From NCBI GenBank assembly GCA_045803545.1, contig JBJMOW010000002.1, positions 192,001-256,000 on the forward strand: DNA of 64,000 nt, read 5' to 3'. Origin of the DNA: Gemmatimonadaceae bacterium. Its GTDB lineage: Bacteria; Gemmatimonadota; Gemmatimonadetes; Gemmatimonadales; Gemmatimonadaceae. The notes under the pieces were generated by a model. That model ran no database searches. It was not told the origin of the DNA and saw only the letters and a list, made by a program, of their open reading frames with translations. Within the stretch, counting starts at the first letter, position 1; each line of letters starts with the position of its first letter. Position numbers and translations under genes: made by a program. Shown in pieces: positions 63,591 through 64,000 of the stretch.

Positions 63591-64000
63591 TTATTTGCCC
63601 GTTCCCTTGTAGACGACTTTCCAGATCCGCCCGCCTTTGTCGTCGGTGATGTAAATGCCGCCGTCGGGCGCCTGCGCCAGTCCGGTGGGTCGATGAGCAG
63701 CGGCATCGGGCTGCTTATTCGCTCCAGCGAAACCGTCGGCAAAGACCTCGGATTTCGATGGGTCGGTCGGCTTTCCGCCCGAATACGGAGCGAATACCAC
63801 GAAGTAGCCCTGCTGGGGACCTGGTGCCCGGTTCCACGACCCGTGGAACGCGATGAACGCTCCGCCTTTGTAGTGCGCCGGGAACATTGACCCGTTGTAG
63901 AACATCAATCCATCGGGCGCCCAGTGCGCTCCGAAGTACGCCTCCGGCGCCTTCTTCGATGAGCATTCGCCGACTGCCTTTCCACCATCACCGCCGTACT
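63591..64000 (-). CDS. PQQ-dependent sugar (sorbosone) dehydrogenase family, C-terminal part
   Basis: Frame open to the window edge; AHWAP.GL.FY, AFHGSWNR and RPTGLA..PDG..YITDD..G.IW motifs. Confidence 0.9.
   Translation of the reverse strand, partial: YGGDGGKAVGECSSKKAPEAYFGAHWAPDGLMFYNGSMFPAHYKGGAFIAFHGSWNRAPGPQQGYFVVFAPYSGGKPTDPSKSEVFADGFAGANKQPDAAAHRPTGLAQAPDGGIYITDDKGGRIWKVVYKGTGK

Overview
This is a GC-rich bacterial chromosome segment (about 60% GC, judged by eye). Gene order and the lineage-typical hypothetical proteins suggest Gemmatimonadota (Gemmatimonadaceae-like); this is inference, not a database result. Most of it is core genome: rpsF-rpsR-DUF2232-rplI, rsfS, ispE-tRNA-Gln-prs-rplY-pth-ychF, pdxJ, mce, trxA-rsmI, lexA, tRNA-Ser-gltX, pxpABC, valS-selA-gmhB-purN-purH-DUF2723-tRNA-Ser and thrS. 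Accessory blocks are interspersed: a BlaI/M56/DUF5916 locus, a LytS/LytTR pair with an M14 peptidase, an S9 peptidase, tsdA with a Tat-exported DsrE-like protein, and small stress-protein clusters. I saw no CRISPR array, transposase, integrase, prophage or recognisable defence system. The most notable signals are: (1) a candidate non-canonical LexA box, GTACG-N4-CGTAC, inside the lexA promoter; (2) sigma54-type -24/-12 motifs ahead of several general-stress-type genes; (3) a family of about 130-180 bp nested palindromic elements, two of them beside tRNA-Ser genes; (4) small ORFs the ORF track missed or mis-started, including a 32-aa amphipathic peptide between prs and rplY; (5) tandem TGCTA-N6-TAGCA operators and an SSGD-repeat sensor in the BlaI/M56 locus; (6) a tsdA plus DsrE-like sulfur module; (7) a His-less Hpt-like protein; (8) a 1-nt frameshift in a dioxygenase gene. 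All family calls come from motif recognition by eye; no searches were run.
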